NCBI GenBank assembly: GCA_977862235.1
Contig: OZ374565.1
Location: 2,480,001 to 2,544,000, forward strand
Direction of reading: 5' to 3'
Source: Dudresnaya verticillata
Lineage: Eukaryota
Length of the DNA stretch: 64,000 nucleotides
Shown: positions 42,601-53,764 of the stretch, one piece after another
How positions within the stretch are numbered: the stretch's first letter is position 1
How the letters are laid out: each line of letters opens with the position of its first letter
The notes under the pieces: model-generated
What the model saw: only the letters and a program-made list of their open reading frames with translations
The model's database searches: none
What the model was told of the DNA's origin: nothing
Program-made: the position numbers and the translations under genes

Positions 42601-44293
42601 CGAGCGACAGATATCTTCGACCGCCGGCAGAAGCTGCCCTCCTGGACCCCGCGCAGCGTGTCGGGTTTGCGCAGTTGGTACCACTTGAGTAGCTGGTACC
42701 GGTGCAGGAGGCGGCTCCTGGCTGTCCGGGATTCGTCGCGGGGCTGGCAGGATATCGTCCGCCGGCTCGCCGTCCTCGGGTTGCGTCTCCGTGACCGCGT
42801 CCAGAGCAGGAGTCTGTGATGGCGCGGCTACAGTTTCTTCACGGCTCGGTGTCGTCAATTGGTTGGACGGGACGTGGGAGAACGCCGGAGTGCGAGTGGC
42901 GGGACATGCGCTGCAATTCTTGTACCGCATACTGTACATGCCTTCACTGTTCATGCGGGAGCTACAGTGGGTAGGCATGTACTTGTTGTGAGTCACACAG
43001 TACCATACTCCATAGTCCAGGAGCTGCTGCTTGAGAGGCTCGATGTCGGTCCTCGTCGGTGGTCCTCGCCTGCCAGGAACATGCATCTTCCGCAGGTGCA
43101 TGAGTAGCGCTTCTACAGTAGGCAGTGAGGACGACTGGCAGCCCAGAGGACAGCTGGTACTGTTTGTCGGGCGGTGTTTTGCCGAAGGCATAAAGCATGG
43201 AGAGAGCCATACCTTCGGCATGTCGGGGTGCTGCTGACCAATCATGGTTACAGCGCTGGGTAAGGTACCTGTAAAGGTCCTCTACAGTAGGTTCCCTCGG
43301 GGCACAGACCTCCTAACCGGGACGCAAGCCTGTCGTCCGTCGTCAGTCTGTTCGGGACACCTCCAGAGGGTGCTACAGGTGGCCTTGCTGCGAGATGAAG
43401 GCCTCTTCGCAGCGTAGGGCGTGAGATTGCGCAATTTGCGCACGAGCTCGCGCAAAAGGGCGCACGTGTTAGCGTTCGCGCGTAGACTTATCGGACGTTC
43501 CCTTCCCTGCCGCAGCTGAGAAGAGTCTCTTCACTGCGGTCCTGTAACGCGCGGTACTTCTCGTTTGCACAAGCTCTCAATGGGGTCGCAGAACCACCGT
43601 TTACCTGTGAGTGCCCACAGGATTTTTGGCCTCCCCCGAAGGTTCGCTGGCAGGACGTTCGCTCGATCTTAGAAGGGGTGGTTTCAAAACAGGATCCACC
43701 AGGCTTAAGCCACGTTACCCCAACTTCGACGTTGCTTGGCACGTTTCTGCGATGAGCTTGTGGGTCACGAGCCGCCTACCACTCAAGGTCGAGGGTCTTT
43801 GGCGATTCCCACACTTGTAGGTCTCTCGGCACTTCCCGAAGGAAGATTTTACAGGACAAGCCTGGCCTTTACCAATCTGTCAGTTGAAGGGTGTGAAACC
43901 CCTCTGTCGACAGTCCACGGCAGCCTAGACAGAGTCTAGGCTGTGCCGGGTACAAGCAAAACGCGTACAGGGCCAGGGAAAGAAAGATAAGTCAGTGGGG
44001 CCCGGGCAAATTTCAAGGTGAGGGATCACCTTAAAAGTAAGCGCAAAATAGGAAACGCGTGACCGTCGGCGACGACGGCGGCGGCGACGGCGGCGACGAC
44101 GACGGCGTCGCGGCGCAGATCGACGGCGCAAAAAGAGACAAAAGTAGACCGCGCTCGCCCGCCGTCAAAGGTGAAGGGCTGAAAAACCCCGCACCGACGC
44201 GCCGTCGCGCGCTCGAACAGGCGGCACCGCCGCCGAAAAGATCGGTGCAGAACTTGTTGAGATATCCGCGAAACAAAATTTTCGGCAGATCGC
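39656..44293 (-). mobile_element. Full-length retrotransposon, copy 9 (divergent subtype; 2-bp deletion in 5' region)
   Basis: Diagnostic QVVPTAQTRHA, NANN, TTAL. Confidence 0.95.
39757..43245 (-). CDS. 1162-aa RT/RLE polyprotein (variant)
   Basis: ORF track. Confidence 0.95.
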   Translation of the reverse strand: MIGQQHPDMPKVWLSPCFMPSAKHRPTNSTSCPLGCQSSSLPTVEALLMHLRKMHVPGRRGPPTRTDIEPLKQQLLDYGVWYCVTHNKYMPTHCSSRMNSEGMYSMRYKNCSACPATRTPAFSHVPSNQLTTPSREETVAAPSQTPALDAVTETQPEDGEPADDILPAPRRIPDSQEPPPAPVPATQVVPTAQTRHAARGPGGQLLPAVEDICRSHIPMVTHIPSRVRAEVRDALSKTVWAFTNANNSQEATKELTAFLLFPAAVLSNPPAASARAGASTSASSIGTFRDRIRRWGLKDYDALWQEALKGSTFREQTAPSAEEQRRINASRALRLAKEGAYSKAAAALDSDGIAPATDSVIQSMKDKHPQSVPQTDADHELDQSEPLPTMPDFVPFTADEVRKAVAKFPRASASGGTGLSPTHLQELLSVPTTHEHTGLLGGLTKMVNVLASGAGPAELSPWIASAPLTALKKRTGGVRPIAVGETIRRLVSSMLMTRVAPKAKAYLEPLQLGVATSGGTEAIVHAVRKLQKSHGHDKSYGLLQVDLKNAFNLVSRKAFMKEVRRHMPELLPWVRYCYDSEGPHLWMGDTLLRSVTGVQQGDPLGPLLFALVLQALIKQLKELTADLRRSGRNQQAEGANNLLLSLFYLDDGVIVAKHAVLRKVLSFFDSEEAKGYGFHLRMDKCTVWWPTAPDPEDCAAYPSDLGQSYGEGTTALQAPIGTQNYMEESVNGHVESIQPLLDAISGLEDLHVAITLLRNCAGVCRLNYLLRVVPSSATAKGAELFDQKIEACMRKLVGGVLPRDTFRELQLPLRTKEPSFGIGISGAGDMNSSAFLASLSLTRNLLRSILPASVNTALSDDPFAVEAHEDWSAKCHSEDALDLEKIDSDECPRQRDLTRLVLKKVQAELPLGDRRTQAFRASLGVPGAKDWLKCQPAPGMKTYIADRDYRVWLRFYCRIPLLEPDTECPRAGCKKMMDVHGDHLLICPNGMRNSGSPRSWRHDSQVRLLASDLKRATRTPIVEPRPVGAHLDRPDIKALGTEGGTDYLDVTISHPLSSEQRILSCITNPQGTLKNAHADKVRTYRGFIQAAGPGARLVPVPMTTLGGWHPEAHKYMQELADTVASRAMVTRGVSRAALFHRHAARLVQNNVKCLMEGIQQEV

Positions 44294-44312
44294 GAGGGGG
44301 TACTGAGGTGAG

Positions 44313-47300
44313 TTCAACTTTATAACAGGGGACCATATTCTAATATTTGTCGACGTACAATCTACTGTAGTATCACAACAAAGTTAAACCCCCAACTCAA
44401 AACAACTTGCACATCTACACCTCCTGTTGGATCCCTTCCATCAGGCACTTGACGTTGTTCTGTACCAGTCGCGCCGCGTGCCTGTGGAATAGAGCCGCTC
44501 GCGAAACACCGCGAGTTACCATGGCCCGAGAAGCCACGGTATCCGCCAACTCTTGCATATACTTGTGCGCCTCCGGGTGCCAGCCACCTAGTGTGGTCAT
44601 CGGCACCGGCACAAGCCTTGCCCCCGGTCCGGCAGCCTGGATGAAGCCACGGTAAGTCCGCACCTTGTCAGCGTGGGCGTTCTTCAGCGTCCCTTGCGGG
44701 TTTGTTATGCAGCTGAGAATGCGTTGTTCTGACGACAGTGGATGACTTATTGTGACGTCCAGGTAGTCCGTTCCTCCTTCTGTTCCAAGCGCCTTGATGT
44801 CTGGCCGATCCAGGTGAGCCCCCACCGGGCGGGGCTCCACAATCGGGGTGCGTGTCGCACGTTTCAGATCCGAAGCCAGCAGACGAACCTGAGAGTCGTG
44901 GCGCCACGACCGAGGAGAACCGCTGTTCCGCATGCCGTTCGGACAAATCAGCAGATGGTCGCCGTGAACATCCATCTTCTTCTTGCACCCGGCCCGAGGA
45001 CACTCCGTGTCGGGTTCCAGCAGTGGGATCTGACAGTAGAATCGAAGCCATACGCGGTAGTCCCGATCCGCAATGTACGTCTTCATGCCTGGTGCCGGCT
45101 GGCACTTGAGCCAGTCCTTGGCGCCCGGCACGCCAAGGGAAGCTCGGAAAGCTTGAGTCCGCCTGTCCCCGAGCGGCAGCTCGGCTTGCACTTTCTTCAG
45201 TACCAACCGCGTCAAGTCCCGCTGGCGCGGGCACTCGTCGCTGTCGATCTTCTCCAGGTCCAGGGCATCCTCACTATGGCACTTGGCGCTCCAGGCTTCG
45301 TGCGCTTCTACTGCAAAAGGATCGTCAGAAAGAGCAGTGTTCACAGAAGCGGGTAAGATAGAACGCAGTAAGTTGCGGGTCAGTGAAAGGGATGCCAAAA
45401 ACGCGCTCGAGTTCATGTCTCCAGCTCCCGAAATACCGATTCCGAAGCTGGGCTCTTTCGTGCGCAGGGGAAGCTGAAGTTCGCGGAAGGTGTCCCTCGG
45501 TAGGACTCCTCCCACGAGCTTGCGCGTGCAAGCCTCAATCTTCTGGTCGAAGAGCTCGGCGCCCTTTGCCGTGGCGGATGATGGAACTACTCGCAGCAGG
45601 TAGTTCAGCCGGCAGACTCCGGCACAGTTGCGGAGTAGAGTGATGGCCACGTGTAGGTCTTCTAGTCCCGAAATTGCGTCCAGCAGGGGCTGGATGGACT
45701 CGACATGGCCATTCACGCTCTCCTCCATGTAGTTCTGCGTTCCAATCGGAGCCTGAAGTACTGTAGTGCCTTCTCCGTAGCTCTGCCCAAGATCCGACGG
45801 GTAGGCAGCGCAGTCTTCTGGGTCGGGTGCAGTAGGCCACCAAACAGTACACTTGTCCATGCGCAGGTGGAAGCCATAGCCCTTAGCTTCCTCGGAGTCA
45901 AAGAAGGACAGAACCTTCCTGAGTACGGCGTGTTTCGCCACGATGACGCCGTCGTCCAGGTAGAACAGTGACAGCAGCAAGTTGTTCGCCCCCTCCGCTT
46001 GCTGATTGCGGCCCGAGCGCCGCAGGTCGGCGGTGAGTTCCTTCAACTGTTTGATCAGTGCCTGCAGCACCAAAGCAAACAGTAACGGCCCGAGCGGGTC
46101 ACCTTGCTGTACACCAGTGACACTCCGCAGTAGAGTGTCACCCATCCACAGGTGCGGGCCCTCAGAGTCATAACAGTATCTGACCCACGGTAGTAGTTCA
46201 GGCATATGTCGGCGGACCTCCTTCATGAATGCTTTGCGGCTGACAAGGTTGAAGGCATTCTTCAAGTCCACTTGTAGCAACCCGTAGGACTTGTCATGGC
46301 CGTGAGACTTCTGCAGCTTCCGGACCGCGTGTACAATGGCTTCTGTGCCGCCCGAGGTTGCGACCCCGAGCTGAAGCGGTTCGAGGTATGCCTTGGCCTT
46401 GGGAGCGACTCTGGTCATGAGCATAGAGCTCACGAGTCGTCGGATTGTCTCTCCTACAGCAATGGGGCGGACACCGCCGGTGCGCTTCTTCAGAGCCGTG
46501 AGAGGAGCGCTGGCAATCCAAGGCGACAGCTCCGCAGGTCCTGCGCCGCTGGCCAGCACGTTGACCATTTTGGTGAGCCCGCCAAGCAGGCCCGTGTGCT
46601 CGTGAGTGGTCGGGACTGAGAGCAGTTCCTGCAGATGCGTCGGTGATAGTCCTGTTCCCCCCGAGGCCGAAGCCCGGGGGAACTTGGCCACTGCTTTTCG
46701 TACTTCGTCGGCTGTGAAAGGCACAAAGTCAGGCATGGTCGGCAGCGGTTCGGACTGGTCAAGCTCGTGGTCCGCGTCGGTTTCCGGTACGGACTGCGGG
46801 TGCTTGTCCTTCATGGACTGTATCACAGAGTCTGTGGCTGGGGCGATTCCATCAGAGTCTAGAGCTGCTGCTGCCTTACTGTAGGCGCCCTCCTTTGCAA
46901 GGCGAAGGGCTCGTGAGGCATTGATACGGCGTTGCTCTTCTGCGGAAGGCGCAGTCTGCTCACGGAATGTCGAGCCCTTCAAGGCCTCCTGCCATAGGGC
47001 GTCGTAATCCTTGAGTCCCCAGCGTCGGATTCGATCGCGGAAGGTGCCGATCGAGGACGCAGAGGTTGACGCGCTGGCCCTTGCACTCGCCGCGGGAGGA
47101 TTGGACAAGACGGCTGCTGGAAAAAGCAGGAATGCAGTGAGCTCTTTGGTGGCTTCCTGAGAGTTGGTTGCGTTCGTAAAAGCCCATACCGTCTTGGACA
47201 GTGCGTCGCGCACCTCGGCGCGGACGCGAGACGGTATATGTGTGACCATAGGGATATGCGAGCGACAGATGTCTTCGACCGCCGGCAGAAGCTGCCCTCC

Positions 47301-47953
47301 TGGACCCCGCGCAACGGGTGGGGTTTGCGCAGTTGGTACCTCTCGAGTAGCAGGTACCGGTGCAGGAGGCGGCTCCTGGCTGTCCGGGATTCGTCGCGGG
47401 GCTGGCAGGATATCGTCCGCTGGCTCGCCGTCCTCGGGTTGCGTCTCCGTGACCGCGTCCAGAGCAGGAGTCTGTGATGGCGCGGCTACAGTTTCTTCAC
47501 GGCTCGGTGTCGTCAATTGGTTGGACGGGACGTGGGAGAACGCCGGAGTGCGAGTAGCGGGACATGCGCTGCAATTCTTGTACCGCATACTGTACATGCC
47601 TTCACTGTTCATGCGGGAGCTACAGTGGGTAGGCATGTACTTGTTGTGAGTCACACAGTACCATACTCCATAGTCCAGGAGCTGCTGCTTGAGAGGCTCG
47701 ATGTCGGTCCTCGTCGGTGGTCCTCGCCTGCCAGGAACATGCATCTTCCGCAGGTGCATGAGTAGCGCTTCTACAGTAGGCAGTGAGGACGACTGGCAGC
47801 CCAGAGGACAGCTGGTACTGTTTGTCGGGCGGTGTTTTGCCGAAGGCATAAAGCATGGAGAGAGCCATACCTTCGGCATGTCGGGGTGCTGCTGACCAAT
47901 CATGGTTACAGCGCTGGGTAAGGTACCTGTAAAGGTCCTCTACAGTAGGTTCC
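44313..47953 (-). mobile_element. Retrotransposon copy 10: intact ORF but ~1 kb of the 5' region missing; fused to 5S spacer at TTCC
   Basis: ...TACAGTAGG-TTCC-TTCCTCCCCG...; no target duplication or 5S 3' half at this junction. Confidence 0.93.
44415..47903 (-). CDS. 1162-aa RT/RLE polyprotein (variant ACTRK, EAWS, CQIP, KKKM)
   Basis: ORF track. Confidence 0.93.
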   Translation of the reverse strand: MIGQQHPDMPKVWLSPCFMPSAKHRPTNSTSCPLGCQSSSLPTVEALLMHLRKMHVPGRRGPPTRTDIEPLKQQLLDYGVWYCVTHNKYMPTHCSSRMNSEGMYSMRYKNCSACPATRTPAFSHVPSNQLTTPSREETVAAPSQTPALDAVTETQPEDGEPADDILPAPRRIPDSQEPPPAPVPATREVPTAQTPPVARGPGGQLLPAVEDICRSHIPMVTHIPSRVRAEVRDALSKTVWAFTNATNSQEATKELTAFLLFPAAVLSNPPAASARASASTSASSIGTFRDRIRRWGLKDYDALWQEALKGSTFREQTAPSAEEQRRINASRALRLAKEGAYSKAAAALDSDGIAPATDSVIQSMKDKHPQSVPETDADHELDQSEPLPTMPDFVPFTADEVRKAVAKFPRASASGGTGLSPTHLQELLSVPTTHEHTGLLGGLTKMVNVLASGAGPAELSPWIASAPLTALKKRTGGVRPIAVGETIRRLVSSMLMTRVAPKAKAYLEPLQLGVATSGGTEAIVHAVRKLQKSHGHDKSYGLLQVDLKNAFNLVSRKAFMKEVRRHMPELLPWVRYCYDSEGPHLWMGDTLLRSVTGVQQGDPLGPLLFALVLQALIKQLKELTADLRRSGRNQQAEGANNLLLSLFYLDDGVIVAKHAVLRKVLSFFDSEEAKGYGFHLRMDKCTVWWPTAPDPEDCAAYPSDLGQSYGEGTTVLQAPIGTQNYMEESVNGHVESIQPLLDAISGLEDLHVAITLLRNCAGVCRLNYLLRVVPSSATAKGAELFDQKIEACTRKLVGGVLPRDTFRELQLPLRTKEPSFGIGISGAGDMNSSAFLASLSLTRNLLRSILPASVNTALSDDPFAVEAHEAWSAKCHSEDALDLEKIDSDECPRQRDLTRLVLKKVQAELPLGDRRTQAFRASLGVPGAKDWLKCQPAPGMKTYIADRDYRVWLRFYCQIPLLEPDTECPRAGCKKKMDVHGDHLLICPNGMRNSGSPRSWRHDSQVRLLASDLKRATRTPIVEPRPVGAHLDRPDIKALGTEGGTDYLDVTISHPLSSEQRILSCITNPQGTLKNAHADKVRTYRGFIQAAGPGARLVPVPMTTLGGWHPEAHKYMQELADTVASRAMVTRGVSRAALFHRHAARLVQNNVKCLMEGIQQEV

Positions 47954-49018
47954 TTCCTCCCCGCCGCCCTCTGCGTACATTGCTGCCTTGCATACCTCTC
48001 CCACAGAATCCCCGACCCACTGCCTCTGTACAGCGTATTCTTTTCACTCGCACTTTTCCCCTTTTCTTGTAAGTGGGAGGGAGTCTGAGAGTGTTTGCAG
48101 GTGTCTAGGGGTTGTTTAGGGTTAGGTCTAGGGTTAGTTTGGTTACTGTGGTACGCGAGGGGCATGATATTGGGAGGGTAAAGGGTCTAGTGTTGGTGCA
48201 TGGAATGAATCATGGTGGTGGAAGGAATGGATCAGTGTGGTGGATGAATTGGATTTAGGGACATAGAATTGGATTAGATTTAGTACCCAGAAGATTGGAT
48301 CAAGGATCACCACAATCGGATCAAGTCTGGTGGCTGGGGTGAGGGTGGCTTGGACGTTTGTGCTCATAACTTTGGAACGGCTGGGGCTAGGGAGCTGCTC
48401 AGTAGCTGAATCGAAGCGTCTCGTTGCTGCGCATTGCGTAGCGCTCTTACCCTCCTAAATCGACTTTTTGGCGCGTTTCTATGGTGCAAAACGTCCCCAC
48501 GGGCCGTCGGCAGCTTTTGAGCAGATCAAATAGGGGTTTGGGGCATGTATGGTTATGGGTGGGTTTAGGGGTGTTAGGGATGTGTCATTTTAACGCGTTT
48601 AGGAGTGTAGGGAGTGGGAATGAAAGTAGTAAGGATGAGGAAATGGAAAGGGAAGGATGAGAAAGTATAGTACAATGCAGTAATACAAATCACGGAATGC
48701 ATCAGGTTGGGATCCAATAAGGGTGGATGGATTGGATCAACGGAAGTCAAGGCGTTATAGGATTGGATCTAGGGGCTCTGTAAATTAGATTGGGTGCTGG
48801 TTTCATTGAACCAAGGGGTCAGAACGTCCATGAGCTGGTTGACTGTATTTATATTGAATCCTGCGTTTAGAGTAAATGGTATACGGTTATGGGTCATTAC
48901 TTTAATGCTCCACGTGTACACTACAGTCGGATGGACATTGGACGCAGGAGTCTTTAGTCGATGACGGGGAGTGCAGTTGATGGCGCATTTAAATAGGGGT
49001 ACGGCGGGAACAGCAAGC
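47950..49018 (+). repeat. 5S rDNA intergenic spacer lacking its first 20 bp
   Basis: Copy of 6957-8025. Confidence 0.9.
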
Positions 49019-49107
49019 ACATTCGGCCATACTACGCAGACATGCTCCGTATCCCATCCCGAACTGCGAAGATAAGTCTCGTCAGGCTGGTTTAGTACTG
49101 AGGTGAG
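49019..49107 (+). rRNA. 5S rRNA: 5S rRNA gene, 5' fragment (+1..+89); its 3' part lies at 61792-61822
   Basis: Identical to 8026-8114. Confidence 0.93.
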
Positions 49108-52100
49108 TTCAACTTTATAACAGGTGACCATATTCTAATATTTGTCGACGTACAATCTACTGTAGTATCACAACAAAGTTAAACCCCAACTCAAAACAAC
49201 CTGCACATCTACACCTCCTGTTGGATCCCTTCCATCAGGCACTTGACGTTGTTCTGCACCAGTCGCGCCGCGTGCCTGTGGAACAGAGCCGCTCGCGAAA
49301 CACCGCGAGTTACCATGGCCCGAGAAGCCACGGTATCCGCCAACTCTTGCATATACTTGTGCGCCTCCGGGTGCCAGCCACCTAGTGTGGTCATCGGCAC
49401 CGGCACAAGCCTTGCCCCCGGTCCGGCAGCCTGGATGAAGCCACGATAAGTCCGCACCTTGTCAGCGTGGGCGTTCTTCAGCGTCCCTTGCGGGTTTGTT
49501 ATGCAGCTGAGAATGCGTTGTTCTGACGACAGTGGATGACTGATTGTGACGTCCAGGTAGTCCGTTCCTCCTTCTGTTCCAAGCGCCTTGATGTCCGGCC
49601 GATCCAAGTGAGCCCCCACCGGGCGGGGCTCCACAATCGGGGTGCGTGTCGCACGTTTCAGATCCGAAGCCAGCAGACGAACCTGAGAGTCGTGGCGCCA
49701 CGACCGAGGAGATCCGCTGTTCCGCATGCCGTTCGGACAAATCAGCAGATGGTCGCCGTGAACATCCATCATCTTCTTGCACCCGGCCCGAGGACACTCC
49801 GTGTCGGGTTCCAGCAGTGGAATCCGACAGTAGAATCGAAGCCATACGCGGTAGTCCCGATCCGCAATGTACGTCTTCATGCCTGGTGCCGGCTGGCACT
49901 TGAGCCAGTCCTTGGCGCCCGGCACGCCAAGGGAAGCTCGGAAAGCTTGCGTCCGCCTGTCCCCGAGCGGCAGCTCGGCTTGCACTTTCTTCAGAACCAA
50001 CCGCGTCAAGTCCCGCTGGCGCGGGCACTCGTCGCTGTCGATCTTCTCCAGGTCCAGGGCATCCTCACTATGGCACTTGGCGCTCCAGTCTTCGTGCGCT
50101 TCTACTGCAAAAGGATCGTCAGAAAGAGCAGTGTTCACAGAAGCGGGTAAGATAGAACGCAGTAAGTTGCGGGTCAGTGAAAGGGACGCCAAAAACGCGC
50201 TCGAGTTCATGTCGCCAGCTCCCGAAATACCGATTCCGAAGCTGGGCTCTTTCGTGCGCAGGGGAAGCTGAAGTTCGCGGAAGGTGTCCCTCGGTAGGAC
50301 TCCTCCCACGAGCTTGCGCATGCAAGCCTCAATCTTCTGGTCGAAGAGCTCGGCGCCCTTCGCCGTGGCGGATGATGGAACTACTCGCAGCAGGTAGTTC
50401 AGCCGGCAGACTCCGGCACAGTTGCGGAGTAGAGTGATGGCCACGTGTAGGTCTTCTAGTCCCGAAATTGCGTCCAGCAGGGGCTGGATGGACTCGACAT
50501 GGCCATTCACGCTCTCCTCCATGTAGTTCTGCGTTCCAATCGGAGCCTGAAGTGCTGTAGTGCCTTCTCCGTAGCTCTGCCCAAGATCCGACGGGTAGGC
50601 AGCGCAGTCTTCTGGGTCGGGTGCAGTAGGCCACCAAACAGTACACTTGTCCATGCGCAGGTGGAAGCCATAGCCCTTAGCTTCCTCGGAGTCAAAGAAG
50701 GACAGAACCTTCCTGAGTACGGCGTGTTTCGCCACGATGACGCCGTCGTCCAGGTAGAACAGTGACAGCAGCAAGTTGTTCGCCCCCTCCGCTTGCTGAT
50801 TGCGGCCCGAGCGCCGCAGGTCGGCGGTGAGTTCCTTCAACTGTTTGATCAGTGCCTGCAGCACCAAAGCAAACAGTAACGGCCCGAGCGGGTCACCTTG
50901 CTGTACACCAGTGACACTCCGCAGTAGAGTGTCACCCATCCACAGGTGCGGGCCCTCAGAGTCATAACAGTATCTGACCCACGGTAGTAGTTCAGGCATA
51001 TGTCGGCGGACCTCCTTCATGAATGCTTTGCGGCTGACAAGGTTGAAGGCATTCTTCAAGTCCACTTGTAGCAACCCGTAGGACTTGTCATGGCCGTGAG
51101 ACTTCTGCAGCTTCCGGACCGCGTGTACAATGGCTTCTGTGCCGCCCGAGGTTGCGACCCCGAGCTGAAGCGGTTCGAGGTATGCCTTGGCCTTGGGAGC
51201 GACTCTGGTCATGAGCATAGAGCTCACGAGTCGTCGGATTGTCTCTCCTACAGCAATGGGGCGGACACCGCCGGTGCGCTTCTTCAGAGCCGTGAGAGGA
51301 GCGCTGGCAATCCAAGGCGACAGCTCCGCAGGTCCTGCGCCGCTGGCCAGCACGTTGACCATTTTGGTGAGCCCGCCAAGCAGGCCCGTGTGCTCGTGAG
51401 TGGTCGGGACTGAGAGCAGTTCCTGCAGATGCGTCGGTGATAGTCCTGTGCCCCCCGAGGCCGAAGCCCGGGGGAACTTGGCCACTGCTTTTCGTACTTC
51501 GTCGGCTGTGAAAGGCACAAAGTCAGGCATGGTCGGCAGCGGTTCGGACTGGTCAAGCTCGTGGTCCGCGTCGGTTTGCGGTACGGACTGTGGGTGCTTG
51601 TCCTTCATGGACTGTATCACAGAGTCTGTGGCTGGCGCGATTCCATCAGAGTCTAGAGCTGCTGCTGCCTTACTGTAGGCGCCCTCCTTTGCGAGGCGAA
51701 GGGCTCGTGAGGCGTTGATACGGCGTTGCTCTTCTGCGGAAGGCGCAGTCTGCTCACGGAATGTCGAGCCCTTCAAGGCCTCCTGCCATAGGGCGTCGTA
51801 ATCCTTGAGTCCCCAGCGGCGGATTCGATCGCGGAAGGTGCCGATCGAGGACGCAGAGGTTGACGCGCCGGCCCTTGCACTCGCCGCGGGAGGATTGGAC
51901 AAGACGGCTGCTGGAAAAAGCAGGAATGCAGTGAGCTCTTTGGTGGCTTCCTGAGAGTTGTTTGCGTTCGTAAAAGCCCATACCGTCTTGGACAGTGCGT
52001 CGCGCACCTCTGCGCGCACGCGAGACGGTATATGTGTGACCATAGGGATATGCGAGCGACAGATATCTTCGACCGCCGGCAGAAGCTGCCCTCCTGGACC

Positions 52101-53745
52101 CCGCGCAGCGTGTCGGGTTTGCGCAGTTGGTACCACTTGAGTAGCTGGTACCGGTGCAGGAGGCGGCTCCTGGCTGTCCGGGATTCGTCGCGGGGCTGGC
52201 AGGATATCGTCCGCCGGCTCGCCGTCCTCGGGTTGCGTCTCCGTGACCGCGTCCAGAGCAGGAGTCTGTGATGGCGCGGCTACAGTTTCTTCACGGCTCG
52301 GTGTCGTCAATTGGTTGGACGGGACGTGGGAGAACGCCGGAGTGCGAGTGGCGGGACATGCGCTGCAATTCTTGTACCGCATACTGTACATGCCTTCACT
52401 GTTCATGCGGGAGCTACAGTGGGTAGGCATGTACTTGTTGTGAGTCACACAGTACCATACTCCATAGTCCAGGAGCTGCTGCTTGAGAGGCTCGATGTCG
52501 GTCCTCGTCGGTGGTCCTCGCCTGCCAGGAACATGCATCTTCCGCAGGTGCATGAGTAGCGCTTCTACAGTAGGCAGTGAGGACGACTGGCAGCCCAGAG
52601 GACAGCTGGTACTGTTTGTCGGGCGGTGTTTTGCCGAAGGCATAAAGCATGGAGAGAGCCATACCTTCGGCATGTCGGGGTGCTGCTGACCAATCATGGT
52701 TACAGCGCTGGGTAAGGTACCTGTAAAGGTCCTCTACAGTAGGTTCCCTCGGGGCACAGACCTCCTAACCGGGACGCAAGCCTGTCGTCCGTCGTCAGTC
52801 TGTTCGGGACACCTCCAGAGGGTGCTACAGGTGGCCTTGCTGCGAGATGAAGGCCTCTTCGCAGCGTAGGGCGTGAGATTGCGCAATTTGCGCACGAGCT
52901 CGCGCAAAAGGGCGCACGTGTTAGCGTTCGCGCGTAGACTTATCGGACGTTCCCTTCCCTGCCGCAGCTGAGAAGAGTCTCTTCACTGCGGTCCTGTAAC
53001 GCGCGGTACTTCTCGTTTGCACAAGCTCTCAATGGGGTCGCAGAACCACCGTTTACCTGTGAGTGCCCACAGGATTTTTGGCCTCCCCCGAAGGTTCGCT
53101 GGCAGGACGTTCGCTCGATCTTAGAAGGGGTGGTTTCAAAACAGGATCCACCAGGCTTAAGCCACGTTACCCCAACTTCGACGTTGCTTGGCACGTTTCT
53201 GCGATGAGCTTGTGGGTCACGAGCCGCCTACCACTCAAGGTCGAGGGTCTTTGGCGATTCCCACACTTGTAGGTCTCTCGGCACTTCCCGAAGGAAGATT
53301 TTACAGGACAAGCCTGGCCTTTACCAATCTGTCAGTTGAAGGGTGTGAAACCCCTCTGTCGACAGTCCACGGCAGCCTAGACAGAGTCTAGGCTGTGCCG
53401 GGTACAAGCAAAACGCGTACAGGGCCAGGGAAAGAAAGATAAGTCAGTGGGGCCCGGGCAAATTTCAAGGTGAGGGATCACCTTAAAAGTAAGCGCAAAA
53501 TAGGAAACGCGTGACCGTCGGCGACGACGGCGGCGGCGACGGCGGCGACGACGACGGCGTCGCGGCGCAGATCGACGGCGCAAAAAGAGACAAAAGTAGA
53601 CCGCGCTCGCCCGCCGTCAAAGGTGAAGGGCTGAAAAACCCCGCACCGACGCGCCGTCGCGCGCTCGAACAGGCGGCACCGCCGCCGAAAAGATCGGTGC
53701 AGAACTTGTTGAGATATCCGCGAAACAAAATTTTCGGCAGATCGC
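49108..53745 (-). mobile_element. Full-length retrotransposon, copy 11 (duplicate of copy 9)
   Basis: Same diagnostic variants and same junction as copy 9 at offset 9452. Confidence 0.95.
49209..52697 (-). CDS. 1162-aa RT/RLE polyprotein (variant)
   Basis: ORF track. Confidence 0.95.
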   Translation of the reverse strand: MIGQQHPDMPKVWLSPCFMPSAKHRPTNSTSCPLGCQSSSLPTVEALLMHLRKMHVPGRRGPPTRTDIEPLKQQLLDYGVWYCVTHNKYMPTHCSSRMNSEGMYSMRYKNCSACPATRTPAFSHVPSNQLTTPSREETVAAPSQTPALDAVTETQPEDGEPADDILPAPRRIPDSQEPPPAPVPATQVVPTAQTRHAARGPGGQLLPAVEDICRSHIPMVTHIPSRVRAEVRDALSKTVWAFTNANNSQEATKELTAFLLFPAAVLSNPPAASARAGASTSASSIGTFRDRIRRWGLKDYDALWQEALKGSTFREQTAPSAEEQRRINASRALRLAKEGAYSKAAAALDSDGIAPATDSVIQSMKDKHPQSVPQTDADHELDQSEPLPTMPDFVPFTADEVRKAVAKFPRASASGGTGLSPTHLQELLSVPTTHEHTGLLGGLTKMVNVLASGAGPAELSPWIASAPLTALKKRTGGVRPIAVGETIRRLVSSMLMTRVAPKAKAYLEPLQLGVATSGGTEAIVHAVRKLQKSHGHDKSYGLLQVDLKNAFNLVSRKAFMKEVRRHMPELLPWVRYCYDSEGPHLWMGDTLLRSVTGVQQGDPLGPLLFALVLQALIKQLKELTADLRRSGRNQQAEGANNLLLSLFYLDDGVIVAKHAVLRKVLSFFDSEEAKGYGFHLRMDKCTVWWPTAPDPEDCAAYPSDLGQSYGEGTTALQAPIGTQNYMEESVNGHVESIQPLLDAISGLEDLHVAITLLRNCAGVCRLNYLLRVVPSSATAKGAELFDQKIEACMRKLVGGVLPRDTFRELQLPLRTKEPSFGIGISGAGDMNSSAFLASLSLTRNLLRSILPASVNTALSDDPFAVEAHEDWSAKCHSEDALDLEKIDSDECPRQRDLTRLVLKKVQAELPLGDRRTQAFRASLGVPGAKDWLKCQPAPGMKTYIADRDYRVWLRFYCRIPLLEPDTECPRAGCKKMMDVHGDHLLICPNGMRNSGSPRSWRHDSQVRLLASDLKRATRTPIVEPRPVGAHLDRPDIKALGTEGGTDYLDVTISHPLSSEQRILSCITNPQGTLKNAHADKVRTYRGFIQAAGPGARLVPVPMTTLGGWHPEAHKYMQELADTVASRAMVTRGVSRAALFHRHAARLVQNNVKCLMEGIQQEV

Positions 53746-53764
53746 GAGGGGGTACTGAGGTGAG